DNA of 64,000 bases from an uncultured Verrucomicrobiae bacterium (GCA_963764175.1 CAVXRE010000014.1:56833-120832), one strand, 5' to 3'; positions 1-9,968 are shown, counted from the first letter of the stretch. Program-made: numbers and translations. Notes: generated from the letters alone by a model not told the origin.

Positions 1-3000
1 CGTCGGATTTCTCATCCTGCCGCCCATCATCCGCGTCGTCGCGGTCAAACAATTGTCCAAACAGCTCAACCGCGAAGTTTCCATCCAAAAAGTGGAACTG
101 AATCCATTCGTGCTCTCCTGCACCGTGCGCGGCCTGCTCATCAAGGACAAGGACGGCGAACCGTTCGTTTCCTGGGACGAGGTTTACGTCAATTTCCAGC
201 TCTCGTCATTTTTCGGCAAGGCATGGGTGTTCAAGGAAATCAGCACGACCCGGCCGTTTGTTCGCGTGCAGATGAACAAGGATGGCACCTTCAATTTCTC
301 CGATCTCGTCGCCAAGTTTTCCACCAACACCCCCGCCGCCGCGCCCGAACAGCCGTCCAAACCGCTCGTCCTGCACGTGGACCGGCTGCATATCGGCGGC
401 GCGACGGCTGCCCTCGCCGATTTCACGCCGCGCGAGCCGTTCAAGCGCACGCTCGGCCCGCTCGACATCACGCTTGAAAATTTCAGCACCGACCCGGACA
501 ACAAAAATCCCTACGCCTTCACCGGCACGACGGACGCGGGCGAACAGATTTCGTGGAGCGGCTTTTTTTATCTCGACCCGCTGCGTTCGCAGGGCGAGTT
601 GAAACTGTTCAACTTCACGCTGAACAAATACGCGCCGTTGTACCAGGATTTGGTGCGCTTTGAGATTCGCGGCGGGGCCATCGCCGTGGATGCGAAATAT
701 CGTTTTGAATTGGGCGCCACCAACCGCGTCGCCGCCCTGAATGACACGGCGTTCGCCTTGCGCGATTTCAAGCTCGGCCAGCCGGGTGACAGCAACAACA
801 TCGTCGAACTGCCGCTCTTCGGCGTCACCGGCGTGAGCGCTGACCTGGAAAGCCGCCAGGCCACGGTGAATTCCGTGACCGCCATCGGCGCGAAACTCTT
901 TTTAAGCCGCGCCACGAATAATGCCATCAATGTGGTCGAACTTTCCCAGCCGGCGGAAAGCGTGACGAACGCGCCGGGCGGGATTTTGTTCCTGCTCCGC
1001 TCCGTCACCAACGCCGTCGCAATGCTGCTCAACAGCACGAACCAGTGGAGCGGCACGGTCACCAGCGTGAATTTCACAAACTGCGCGCTGCACCTCGAAG
1101 ACCTTGCCTTTTCGCGTCCGGCAAAACTCGATCTCACCGATGTCGCGCTCTCGGCCAGAAACATTTCCAATGTTCCCGGCACAAATCTCGCCGCCGAACT
1201 CTCGCTGCGCTGGAACACCAACGGTTCCATCAAGGTCGCGACCACCGCGTCGTTCCTGCCGCCGACCGCCGACATCCAGCTCGACCTCGATAATCTCGAT
1301 CTCGGCACGCTCGATCCCTATCTCGAACCCAAGCTCAATCTGTTCATCCTCGGCAGCCGGCTCGGCTTGCACGGACAGGTGCATTTGCGCACGCCAAAGG
1401 ACCAGTTGCCCGAAGTCACCTTTCACGGCGACGCGAGCCTCGACGGTTTCCACACCGTGGACGGCGTCATGGCCGAGGATTTGTTGAAATGGGATTCCGT
1501 CCACATCAACGGCATTGACGCAAACCTGAATCCGCAAACCGTCGCCATCCGGGAAATCGCCGTGGACAACGCCTACGCGCGCCTCGTCATCGAGACGAAT
1601 AAATCAATCAACCTGCTCAACGCCGTGCGTTTGACGAACACCAAAACGCCCGCCACCAATGTAACCAGGGTTGCCGCCGCGCCAAAAAACGCCGCGACCA
1701 ATTCACCTTTGCCGCGCATTTCCATCGCCAGCTTTGTCATAACAAACACCGCCGTCAGTTTCACCGACCGTTCGCTCAAGCCGAACGTAAACATGGCCAT
1801 CCAGCAGGTGAACGGCACCATTTCCGGGCTTTCATCCGAACAACTCCAGCACGCGGATTTGAATTTGAACGCGAAGGTGGACGGCGTCGGCCCGGTCGCC
1901 ATCACCGGCACCATCAATCCATTCAGCGGCACCCAGACGAACGACGTGAAAATTTCCATCAAAGACGTGGACCTGACGCCGGCGAGTTCGTATTCGGGTA
2001 AATTTGCCGGCTACCGCATTGCCGAGGGCAAATTGAACATGGACCTTTCGTATCAACTGGTCGGGGAAAAATTGCAGTCGAAAAATGTCATCACGCTCGA
2101 CCGGTTCACGTTCGGTGAAAAGGTGAACAGCCCGGACGCAACGCATCTGCCGGTGCGCCTGGCCATCGCGATTTTGAAGGACCGCGACGGCAAAATCGTC
2201 CTCGACGTGCCAATCGAAGGCAGCCTCGACGACCCGAAATTCCGCATCGGCAAGGTGGTCACGCGCGCCATCGTGAACATCCTCGAAAAAGTCGCCACGT
2301 CGCCGTTCTCGGTGCTCGGCGCGATGTTCGGCGGCGGCGGCGAGGAACTCGGCTACCAGGATTTTGCGGCGGGCAGCGCGGATTTGACGCCCGCCGACAA
2401 ACAAAAGCTCGATACGCTGGCAAAGGCGCTTTACGCGCGCCCGGCCCTGCAACTGGAAATGGTGGGCAGCGTGGACCCCGACGGCGACCGCGACGGCTTG
2501 CAACGCGCCGCGCTCGACCGGGAAATCCGCACCAGGATTTGGACGGCGCTCCGCGAATCACAGCGCGCCACGAATTCCGTTGACCAAATCATCCTCGCGC
2601 CCGACGAACGGGCGCATTGGGTGAAAAAACTTTACGGCGAATCCGTCGCCGACAACAAAATCACGCCGCAACTCATCGCCGCCAACTCGAATCTTGCCGC
2701 CTACGCCGCAGCTGTTTTACCGCGCCGGCTGGCCGCCGAAAAAGGCGCGACGATGCTCGTAAATCCCGATCAAAGCGCAAAAGAGCAACCCGCCGCAGGC
2801 ACGGGTTACCGGACAAAACTGGTTCCACCGCCTGACCCGATGGAAGCTGTCCTGCTCGCCACATTCCCGATAGGTGAAAGCGATTTGGAGACGCTGGCTG
2901 CCAGCCGCGCGAAAGTGGTCCGGGCTTATCTGTTGCAGACCGGCAAGGTTGAAGCCGCGCGCCTGTTTCTCAAGGAAGACCAAACCGCAGGTTTGCGCAG

Positions 3001-3034
3001 CGACGGCAGCCGCGTTTATTTGCAGTTCAGGTGA
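1..3034 (+). CDS. AsmA/DUF748-family outer-membrane biogenesis-type protein, 5-prime partial (frame open to window start)
   Basis: Frame 2 is open from base 2 and encodes a hydrophobic stretch (GFLILPPIIRVV) ahead of the listed TTG at 53. The long low-complexity beta-rich body has repeated DLxxxxL motifs typical of the DUF748/AsmA family. The C-terminus is a conserved D/E-rich domain. Confidence 0.55.
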   Translation, partial: VGFLILPPIIRVVAVKQLSKQLNREVSIQKVELNPFVLSCTVRGLLIKDKDGEPFVSWDEVYVNFQLSSFFGKAWVFKEISTTRPFVRVQMNKDGTFNFSDLVAKFSTNTPAAAPEQPSKPLVLHVDRLHIGGATAALADFTPREPFKRTLGPLDITLENFSTDPDNKNPYAFTGTTDAGEQISWSGFFYLDPLRSQGELKLFNFTLNKYAPLYQDLVRFEIRGGAIAVDAKYRFELGATNRVAALNDTAFALRDFKLGQPGDSNNIVELPLFGVTGVSADLESRQATVNSVTAIGAKLFLSRATNNAINVVELSQPAESVTNAPGGILFLLRSVTNAVAMLLNSTNQWSGTVTSVNFTNCALHLEDLAFSRPAKLDLTDVALSARNISNVPGTNLAAELSLRWNTNGSIKVATTASFLPPTADIQLDLDNLDLGTLDPYLEPKLNLFILGSRLGLHGQVHLRTPKDQLPEVTFHGDASLDGFHTVDGVMAEDLLKWDSVHINGIDANLNPQTVAIREIAVDNAYARLVIETNKSINLLNAVRLTNTKTPATNVTRVAAAPKNAATNSPLPRISIASFVITNTAVSFTDRSLKPNVNMAIQQVNGTISGLSSEQLQHADLNLNAKVDGVGPVAITGTINPFSGTQTNDVKISIKDVDLTPASSYSGKFAGYRIAEGKLNMDLSYQLVGEKLQSKNVITLDRFTFGEKVNSPDATHLPVRLAIAILKDRDGKIVLDVPIEGSLDDPKFRIGKVVTRAIVNILEKVATSPFSVLGAMFGGGGEELGYQDFAAGSADLTPADKQKLDTLAKALYARPALQLEMVGSVDPDGDRDGLQRAALDREIRTRIWTALRESQRATNSVDQIILAPDERAHWVKKLYGESVADNKITPQLIAANSNLAAYAAAVLPRRLAAEKGATMLVNPDQSAKEQPAAGTGYRTKLVPPPDPMEAVLLATFPIGESDLETLAASRAKVVRAYLLQTGKVEAARLFLKEDQTAGLRSDGSRVYLQFR

Positions 3035-3297
3035 ATTCCGGTTCCTGATTTGGAATTCAGGCGGAATGCGCTGGAGCGGCTGGAAGCGGAATTGGTTTGA
3101 AAATCGCTGGACAAGATTGGGTGGCGCGAGTATTCAGCATATAATTGGAAAATCTGGGCTTCAATTTGCGTGAAAAAATACACCCAAAGTACCCGGCACT
3201 TACGATATATCCAGAGACGGGCCAGAAGATCTCTTGAAGCGCGTTTGCGCTTTAAGCGTTATCGGCGTTGAATGTTGAGCGTTGAGTGTGCTTTGAC

Positions 3298-3345
3298 ATA
3301 TAGCAAGTCGGCATTGACATCAGCGGCCTGTCGTGGCTCAGTTCA
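3298..3345 (+). promoter_or_regulatory. Copy A of a duplicated ~30 bp motif (CAAGyCGGCATTGACATCA...GTGGCT) containing a TTGACA -35-like hexamer
   Basis: The motif recurs at 3800-3852, immediately upstream of the next gene. Both copies lie about 25-60 bp upstream of a start codon. Confidence 0.35.
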
Positions 3346-3370
3346 CGTCGTTCGGCGGGGTTTGCATGTT

Positions 3371-3754
3371 ATGATTTCATGGCAGGGCAAAACACTTCGG
3401 GTGCAGGCGAGATATGTCCCGCGCTTCCTCTGGACGACCGCTTCCATTGACGTCTTCCTCGATGACCGGTGCATTTTGCGCACGGGCGGAAAACTCAAGC
3501 TCACAGGCTCATATACCGCCTTGTTCAACGACGGCGGTTCGGAGCACCAGGCTGAATTGCGCTGGGGACAATCGAGAAATTTCCGTTTCCCGTATCACCT
3601 GCGCATTGACGGAGTCATCGTTGATGATTCGCTTGTCCATATCGAAAACCGGTACATGACAAGGATTCCGGCATTTATCATCGTCGCCCTGTTGTTTTCA
3701 TTTTTCAGCCTTGCGTTCTGGCTTCTGATGCTGCTGCTGTTTCATGCACTGTAG
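3371..3754 (+). CDS. hypothetical small protein with C-terminal transmembrane helix
   Basis: ATG at 3371 within ORF 3272..3754. The C-terminus (FIIVALLFSFFSLAFWLLMLLLF) is strongly hydrophobic. No recognisable domain. Confidence 0.3.
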   Translation: MISWQGKTLRVQARYVPRFLWTTASIDVFLDDRCILRTGGKLKLTGSYTALFNDGGSEHQAELRWGQSRNFRFPYHLRIDGVIVDDSLVHIENRYMTRIPAFIIVALLFSFFSLAFWLLMLLLFHAL

Positions 3755-3799
3755 CCAACCACAAAAAATTCCGGTGAATCACGAGCAGTCAGCTCCAAA

Positions 3800-3852
3800 C
3801 ACTTTCGCGGTTCGCAACAAGCCGGCATTGACATCACCTGTCCGGCGTGGCT
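3800..3852 (+). promoter_or_regulatory. Copy B of the duplicated GGCATTGACATCA motif upstream of the B12-radical SAM gene
   Basis: A 19-nt near-identical core is shared with copy A, and a downstream GTGGCT is also shared. Confidence 0.35.
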
Positions 3853-3862
3853 GTGTTAACCG

Positions 3863-5260
3863 GTGCATCCTGACATGAAGCTGGAGCTTGTCACTGCCGA
3901 GGGGCCGGCGACGTTGTGGATGCGCAAGGGGCGGCTGATCCGGTTTCCACAGTTGACAATGCCGCTCCTCGCGGCACTCACGCCCGGGGATGTCGAGATC
4001 CATCATACCGATGAAATTGTCAGTCCGGTAAACTTCGACCGCGCCGCTGACCTGGTCGGCATCACAACGACCACCTGTTCCGCGCCCCACGCCTATGAAA
4101 TTGCCGATGAGTTTCGCGGGCGCGGCGTGGCAGTCGTTTTTGGCGGGCCGCATCCCACACTGTTGCCGGATGAAGCGGCCCAACACGCGGACAGCGTCTT
4201 GATTGGTGAAGCAGAAGGGGTTTGGCCCAACCTCATACGCGATTTTCAAAAGGGCCGGCTCAAACGTTTCTATCAGGCGTCAAGCCCGCCAGCATTGGCC
4301 GGGCTGCCCAAGGCCCGCCGCGATCTCATCGAGCGCCGGGCTTATGGGCGCGGAGTTCTCATCGCCACGCGCAGTTGCCCGCACTCATGCGGTTATTGCA
4401 TGCTGCCTCACTTCTATCATCATCTCTATCGCTGCCGCCCCAGCGAAGAGGTGGTGGCTGAAGCCGCTTCAATCCCTGAGAATGCGCTGATCTTTTGGGA
4501 CGACAACATCATCGGGAGCCTGGACTACGCCCGCGAACTTTTTCGCCGACTGATTCCGTTGCGCAAGCGGTGGACCAGCCAGGCTACATTCAACATCGTG
4601 GATCACGAGGACCTCATCCAGCTCGCCGGAGCCAGTGGTTGTGAGGCGCTCTTCATCGGCCTGGAGTCCATCTCGGCGGCCAGCCTCCGGGAGACCGGCA
4701 AGGCATTCAACAAACCACGGCGTTATCTCGACGGAATAAAAAAACTGCATGATGCCGGAATCGCCGTGCAAACCGGCTTGGTCTTCGGTTTTGATCACGA
4801 CGACGTCACCGTTTTCGAACGCACGCTGGCTTTGCTTGAGAAGGCGGGGGTGGATGTTGCCTCGATTGGCAGTCTCACTCCGTTTCCGGGAACGCCGATC
4901 TTTCGCAAACTGGAGGAGGAAGGCCGGATTCTCACCCGCGATTGGTCGAAATACAATGCAAGGACGGATGTTGTTTTCCGACCTCGGCAAATGACCCCGG
5001 ATCAACTGCAGGCGGGAGTCGAGTGGGTCACAAAGCAGTTCTATTCATTGAGTTCCATCTCCCGGCGTCTTCTCGCCAAATCCCGAACCGGTCTCTGGTG
5101 GAACATCCCCAGGAACCTGGGTTACAAAATCGCCTTCGATAAACTTGGGAGGCGGGGATACAATCCCGCCGATAACTCCGAAGATTCCGGCAGCACGCCC
5201 GGTGAGTCGCTCGCACACCCCGCTTCCGATGTGTCTGCTCCTGAGTCTGTCAGCGCGTGA
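3863..5260 (+). CDS. B12-binding domain / radical SAM domain protein
   Basis: The N-terminal Rossmann-like cobalamin-binding region (VGITTTTCSAPHAYEIA...VVFGGPHPT) is followed by a CxxxCxxC radical SAM cluster motif (CPHSCGYC). The start is GTG at 3863, or ATG at 3875. Confidence 0.8.
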   Translation: MHPDMKLELVTAEGPATLWMRKGRLIRFPQLTMPLLAALTPGDVEIHHTDEIVSPVNFDRAADLVGITTTTCSAPHAYEIADEFRGRGVAVVFGGPHPTLLPDEAAQHADSVLIGEAEGVWPNLIRDFQKGRLKRFYQASSPPALAGLPKARRDLIERRAYGRGVLIATRSCPHSCGYCMLPHFYHHLYRCRPSEEVVAEAASIPENALIFWDDNIIGSLDYARELFRRLIPLRKRWTSQATFNIVDHEDLIQLAGASGCEALFIGLESISAASLRETGKAFNKPRRYLDGIKKLHDAGIAVQTGLVFGFDHDDVTVFERTLALLEKAGVDVASIGSLTPFPGTPIFRKLEEEGRILTRDWSKYNARTDVVFRPRQMTPDQLQAGVEWVTKQFYSLSSISRRLLAKSRTGLWWNIPRNLGYKIAFDKLGRRGYNPADNSEDSGSTPGESLAHPASDVSAPESVSA

Positions 5261-5301
5261 CGTGATTTTTTACAGAAAGGCGGGAGCCTGGGACGTTTGG
5301 T

Positions 5302-6408
5302 TTACCGGAAGATTGCCCTGACGATTTCCTTGCCGGCAAAAATCCAGATCAATGCCGCCAGCGCGATGTAAGGCCCGTAAGGCATCCGCGAAGACCAGCG
5401 GCGCCGGCGCATCGCAATGAGCGTCACGCCCACCACAGCGCCAATCATCGAACTGAGCATCAGCGAAAAAATCACCCCCTGCCAGCCGACGAACGCGCCG
5501 ATGGCTCCCATGAATTTCACGTCGCCCAGACCCATCGCCTCGCGTGGCAGGATGATTTCCGTGCTCACCGCCTCCATGCAGGCCACCGTTGCCGGGTCGA
5601 TTTTTTCCTCCCCGATTTCCAGCGTTGTGGGCGACAGCCGCACCAGTACATCCGCGTAGCAGCGGTCCAACAGTTCCAGCGTGCGCGCCCGCAGCACAAT
5701 CACGTCCGATTTGCGGTAGAACAAATCTTCAAAGGGAATTTCCCTGTCCGGCAGGTGCACCGACGTTTCAGTGAAAACGATTTTTGCGTCCAAGGGCAGT
5801 TTCACCCGCTGCCGGCCAAACAACAATTTTCCAATCCGCAAAATTGCGTAAATCGTCCCCGCGCCAACCACGATGCCAATCAAGCTTTGAAGCATCCCCC
5901 GGCCCAGCGTGTGCGCGCCCTGCAACGACGGCAGGAGACTTGACACGGCAAAACCTGCCACGATGCCGCCCAGCGTGATTTCGTCGGGGATGATGAAATG
6001 CTCAAAGTCAATGAACGTCGCAGCCATCAAGCCCGCGATGAAAATTGCGTACACGAGCGCCAGCGCCGGCGATTTTTCGCCGAAGCCCAGCCAGCAACCG
6101 AGAAACGCGACGCCGGTGAGCAGTTCGACAATGAAATAGCGGGGCGAGATGGGAGCACCACAGTTTTTACAGCGTCCGCGCAGCGCCAGCCATGTCACCA
6201 GCGGGATGTTCAGATACCACGGGATGGAATATTTGCAGTGCGGGCAATGGGATTTCGGCGTGACAATGCTCAGGCCGAGCGGCAGCCGGTAGATGCACAC
6301 GTTCAGGAAACTGCCGACGATGCAGCCCAGCACAAAGAAAACCAGCGACCAGAAATGGAACGGCACCGCCACCCAGTTCCTGGTGTCGAAAATGGCGTCA
6401 ATGCCCAT
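5302..6408 (-). CDS. pilD: type IV prepilin peptidase (A24 family) with ~100 aa internal insertion
   Basis: N-terminal zinc-binding CPHC...CKNC motifs, the GVAFLGCW motif and multi-TM topology are present. The start was moved to the internal Met (MGIDAIF) to remove the overlap with aroE. Confidence 0.8.
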   Translation of the reverse strand: MGIDAIFDTRNWVAVPFHFWSLVFFVLGCIVGSFLNVCIYRLPLGLSIVTPKSHCPHCKYSIPWYLNIPLVTWLALRGRCKNCGAPISPRYFIVELLTGVAFLGCWLGFGEKSPALALVYAIFIAGLMAATFIDFEHFIIPDEITLGGIVAGFAVSSLLPSLQGAHTLGRGMLQSLIGIVVGAGTIYAILRIGKLLFGRQRVKLPLDAKIVFTETSVHLPDREIPFEDLFYRKSDVIVLRARTLELLDRCYADVLVRLSPTTLEIGEEKIDPATVACMEAVSTEIILPREAMGLGDVKFMGAIGAFVGWQGVIFSLMLSSMIGAVVGVTLIAMRRRRWSSRMPYGPYIALAALIWIFAGKEIVRAIFR

Positions 6409-7321
6409 AAATGCTTCGTTCGAGCGCGCGGCGCATGACGTCAACCGGCGCGGGTTTGCCCGTCCAGATTTCAAACGCCTTCGCGCCCTGATGCAGCAAC
6501 ATGCCGAGGCCGTTCGACGTTTTGCAGCCCGCCGCCTTCGCCGCGGCCAGCAGCTTTGTCTCCGCCGGCTTGTAAATCATGTCATAAACCGCGCGGGCCT
6601 TGGGCAGCGGAAATTGTTTTTCATCCAGCGGCAAGGGATCGCTTTCCTTCAAACCAATCGGCGTGGCGTTCAACAACAAATCCACCTCGCCCGTCGGAAA
6701 ACCGATCTGCACCTTAACGCGCGGATGCCGTTTGCGGATTTCCTCCGCCACTGCCTCGGCCTTGGACACCACGTAATCAACAAGAAACAGTTCCGACACA
6801 TTTTCAACCGCCAGCCTCAGGGCCGCCACCTGTCCTGCCCCGCCGGTCCCAACCAGCAATACTTTCAGCCCCGCCAGCTTCAAGCCGAGGTCCTCGCGCA
6901 AGGAGCGGGCGATGCCATCGGAATCGGTGTTGAAGCCTTGCGCCCGGATTTCACCGGAAACCGGTTCCGAAAAATGGTGCAGCGGCTGCCATTGTCCGGC
7001 GGCGGCGCGCGCCTCAAACCTGACGGTATTCACCGCGCCCCAGGTTTTGGACGATTCATCCAGCTCATCCACGATTTGCATCGCGAGCAGCTTGTGCGGC
7101 ACGGTCAGGTTCAGGCCGGAGAACTGCATGGCCTTGGCGCCGGCGATGGCGGCGCGCAGATTGTCGGGGTGAACTTCAAACGCGAGGTAACGCCAGTTCA
7201 GGCCGAGCGCGGCGAACGCGGCATTGTGCATCGCGGGCGACGCGGAATGGCGGATGGGAAAGCCATAGACCGCGCAACAGCGCGTCGCGGCATTGATGGC
7301 GGGTGAAACCGGTTCAGACAT
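6398..7321 (-). CDS. aroE: shikimate dehydrogenase
   Basis: Conserved YAVYGFPIRHSASPAMHNAAF substrate-binding motif and NxTxPHK motif. ATG at 7321. Confidence 0.85.
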   Translation of the reverse strand: MSEPVSPAINAATRCCAVYGFPIRHSASPAMHNAAFAALGLNWRYLAFEVHPDNLRAAIAGAKAMQFSGLNLTVPHKLLAMQIVDELDESSKTWGAVNTVRFEARAAAGQWQPLHHFSEPVSGEIRAQGFNTDSDGIARSLREDLGLKLAGLKVLLVGTGGAGQVAALRLAVENVSELFLVDYVVSKAEAVAEEIRKRHPRVKVQIGFPTGEVDLLLNATPIGLKESDPLPLDEKQFPLPKARAVYDMIYKPAETKLLAAAKAAGCKTSNGLGMLLHQGAKAFEIWTGKPAPVDVMRRALERSIYGH

Positions 7322-7494
7322 GCAGGATTTATACGCAGCCACAGCGTGAGTTCAAAGCGCAAAGTCCAAAGATGTATTGGAAACCTTTGCAAAATGCCTG
7401 TAGCGGCGCTCTGTGAGCGTCGCACAATTCACAATCCGTCGGGAAATGCGGCGGTCACAGACCCGCCGCCACAAGGAAATGCTTTTGCCAGTCG

Positions 7495-7905
7495 TTATTC
7501 GTGAATGGTGATGATGTCGCCCGGTTCGAGCGGCACATCGGAGCCAATCAGCAGCATCTTCGGGGCAAGCTTTGCTTCTTCGCCCTGTCGCGTGATGATG
7601 ATTTCCTTCGGGTCATACTGGCCGAGATAATTCGCCGTGGCGATGGCCTGCGCGAGTGTCAATCCTTCCACCCACGGCACGTCGGGATTTTGCACGGGGC
7701 CGACGACCGTAACGCCCGGAACCTGAACCTGCTGCTGCCGCAATGCGGCGTTCTGCCCGGCGAGGTAGGCCGCCTGGGCCTGAATCTGGGCCTGGGTTTG
7801 AGCCTTCGATTTTGAAACACAACCGCAAAACAGGACGACACTGAAAAGCAAGATCACCGGTGCAGCACCAACGCAAAACAATTTCCGCCACCTGTCCATC
7901 GCCAT
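7495..7905 (-). CDS. SLBB-domain (polysaccharide-export / ComEA-like beta-grasp) lipoprotein
   Basis: Start taken at the internal Met (MAMDRW...). A signal peptide with a Cys lipobox (LFCGC) is followed by a Q/A-rich linker and a C-terminal SLBB-like motif (GDIITI). It sits immediately downstream of pilT with a 2-bp gap. Confidence 0.5.
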   Translation of the reverse strand: MAMDRWRKLFCVGAAPVILLFSVVLFCGCVSKSKAQTQAQIQAQAAYLAGQNAALRQQQVQVPGVTVVGPVQNPDVPWVEGLTLAQAIATANYLGQYDPKEIIITRQGEEAKLAPKMLLIGSDVPLEPGDIITIHE

Positions 7906-7906
7906 G

Positions 7907-9091
7907 CTATTTCTTGAGGATTTTCCCGAAATCACCTTCCGTCGGCTCAATTTCAATCCGCTGTCCCTCGCTCGCCGCCGGAGCCGATGACGGAAGCCTG
8001 CCTTTCTTTTCCATTTTCGGCGCGGTGGAAATCGGCGGCAACGGCGCGGCGGAATCAACTTCAGCCGGTTCGCTGTCCGGCGGCTCCGCGCTCTGGCCGG
8101 GGACAAAGAAATTGGACCGGCCTTCCAGCCATTTGGCATAACGCTGAAAGGTCCACATGCCGTTGTCGGCGCCGGTTTCAATGGCGGTGACGATTTTGAA
8201 AAAGTCGCGGTTGCGGATGAAATTTTTCACCGCATGCGTCGCCACCAGAATTTCGCATTCAGGCACGCGAATGTTCAAATCCTGCCGGAACCGCAGCCGT
8301 TGCGAAATGACCGCGACAAGGCAATCCGCCAGTTGCGCGCAAACGGCGCTTTGAATTTCCGCCGGGAATGCCGAAGCCACGCGCTGCAACGCCTCGGCGC
8401 AGGACGAGGAATGGACCGTCGCCAGAACGAGGTGGCCGGTCTCCGACGCGCTCAGCGTCAGGCGCATCGTTTCCGGATCGCGCATCTCGCCCACCATCAG
8501 CACGTCCGGGTCTTCCCGCAACGCATCGAGCAGGGCCTGCTCGAAACTCGGCGTGTCGCGTCCCACTTCGCGCTGCCGGATGAAGGCGCGGCGCGGACGA
8601 AACGAATATTCAATCGGACTTTCGACCGTCACGATGTGGCGGGTCTCGGTCAGGTTGATTTCCTGAATCAAGGCCGCGAGGGTCGAGGATTTGCCGCAAC
8701 CGGTCGGCCCGCTCACCAGAATCAAGCCGTGCGTGTTTTTGACCAGTTTCTTGAGGTCGGGATGCAAATTGAGCTTTTCGACCGTGGCCTGAAAGATACT
8801 GAGCAGGCGGATGGCCAGGCCGACACCGCGCGAGGTCTGCAGAATGTTGATCCGGCAGCGGACACCGCGAATCGTCTTCGACAAATCAAACGAACGCCGC
8901 TCCAGAAAAGCCGGCCACTGCGTTTCGCCGATGATCTCCCGCGCCAGCTCCGTCAACACTTTGGGTGCGATGGGTTCGCCCTGCACGCGCAAGGCGCCGC
9001 GCACGCGCAACGCCGCCGGCATGCCGCCCTCCAGATGCAGGTCGCTGGCGCCGCTGGCCGCCGCCGATTCAATCAATGTTTCCAGTTGCAT
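7907..9091 (-). CDS. pilT: type IV pilus twitching-motility ATPase PilT with Pro/Glu-rich C-terminal extension
   Basis: Walker A (GPTGCGKSST), the GEMRD motif and N-terminal ASDLHL are present. The start is placed at the second Met, by comparison with typical PilT N-termini. Confidence 0.85.
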   Translation of the reverse strand: MQLETLIESAAASGASDLHLEGGMPAALRVRGALRVQGEPIAPKVLTELAREIIGETQWPAFLERRSFDLSKTIRGVRCRINILQTSRGVGLAIRLLSIFQATVEKLNLHPDLKKLVKNTHGLILVSGPTGCGKSSTLAALIQEINLTETRHIVTVESPIEYSFRPRRAFIRQREVGRDTPSFEQALLDALREDPDVLMVGEMRDPETMRLTLSASETGHLVLATVHSSSCAEALQRVASAFPAEIQSAVCAQLADCLVAVISQRLRFRQDLNIRVPECEILVATHAVKNFIRNRDFFKIVTAIETGADNGMWTFQRYAKWLEGRSNFFVPGQSAEPPDSEPAEVDSAAPLPPISTAPKMEKKGRLPSSAPAASEGQRIEIEPTEGDFGKILKK

Positions 9092-9136
9092 TCGTTTTAC
9101 CTGCTTGTTCAACACTTCACCCGCCGAAAAGTTCTT

Positions 9137-9898
9137 TCAGATCTGCATGACGGATTTTTTCCACGCCGCGGCGGCGGATTTGATATCCGCCGCGCAGTTT
9201 GCGCGCGGCTTCACAAAACGCGGCGTGAACCACGGGAACATTCCAACCAAATCGTACGTCACCAAAATCTGGCCGTCGCAAACGTCGCCGCTGCCGATGC
9301 CGATGGTCGGAATGGGAACATGCGCGGTGATTTCCCGGGCGACCGGCGGCGTCACGAGTTCGAGCACAATCGCGAACGCGCCCGCGGCAGCCAGTGCCAT
9401 CGCATCCTCGAGCAACGCCCGGGCTTCCGCCTCGTTTTTGCCTTTGACGTGGTAGCCGCCCTCCTTCAGCACGCTTTGCGGCAACATGCCAAGATGCCCG
9501 CAAAACGGAATTCCAGCGGAAATAATCGCGTGAACCTGCGGCAGAATTTTTCGCCCGCCCTCGGCCTTCACAAACTCCGCGCCGGCGGCGGCAAGCCGCT
9601 TTGCATTTTTCACCGCAGCCGCAACGGTCTGGTAACTTCGGTACGGCAAGTCCGCGCCAAGCAGCGCGCGCGGCCTGGCGCGGGCGGCGGCTCGGATGTG
9701 ATGCTCCATCTCGGCCATCGTCACATGCGTCGTGTCGGGATAACCCAGCACGACCATGCCCAGCGAATCACCGACGAGAATGAGCGGAATGCCCGCCTCG
9801 TCGAGCAGCTTCGCCATCGGAAAATCGTAGGCGGTGAGCGCGGCGATTCTTTCGCCGCGATCCTTCATGGCGCGGATGGTTTTGGTGGTGATTTTCAT
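9137..9898 (-). CDS. panB: 3-methyl-2-oxobutanoate hydroxymethyltransferase
   Basis: Highly conserved ALTAYD...LVGDSLGMV...GYP motifs. Alternative upstream start at 9937. Confidence 0.9.
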   Translation of the reverse strand: MKITTKTIRAMKDRGERIAALTAYDFPMAKLLDEAGIPLILVGDSLGMVVLGYPDTTHVTMAEMEHHIRAAARARPRALLGADLPYRSYQTVAAAVKNAKRLAAAGAEFVKAEGGRKILPQVHAIISAGIPFCGHLGMLPQSVLKEGGYHVKGKNEAEARALLEDAMALAAAGAFAIVLELVTPPVAREITAHVPIPTIGIGSGDVCDGQILVTYDLVGMFPWFTPRFVKPRANCAADIKSAAAAWKKSVMQI

Positions 9899-9968
9899 TT
9901 CGTGAATGGTTGCATCGTTGCCTCGTGTCGCAATCAAGCCCGATTGAACGATTCAACCATGCAACAAT

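Noticed and set aside
3272-3370. Upstream extension of the small membrane-protein ORF (ORF-track start 3272)
   Set aside because: The extension would begin inside copy A of the duplicated promoter-like motif. The ATG at 3371 downstream of the motif is more consistent.
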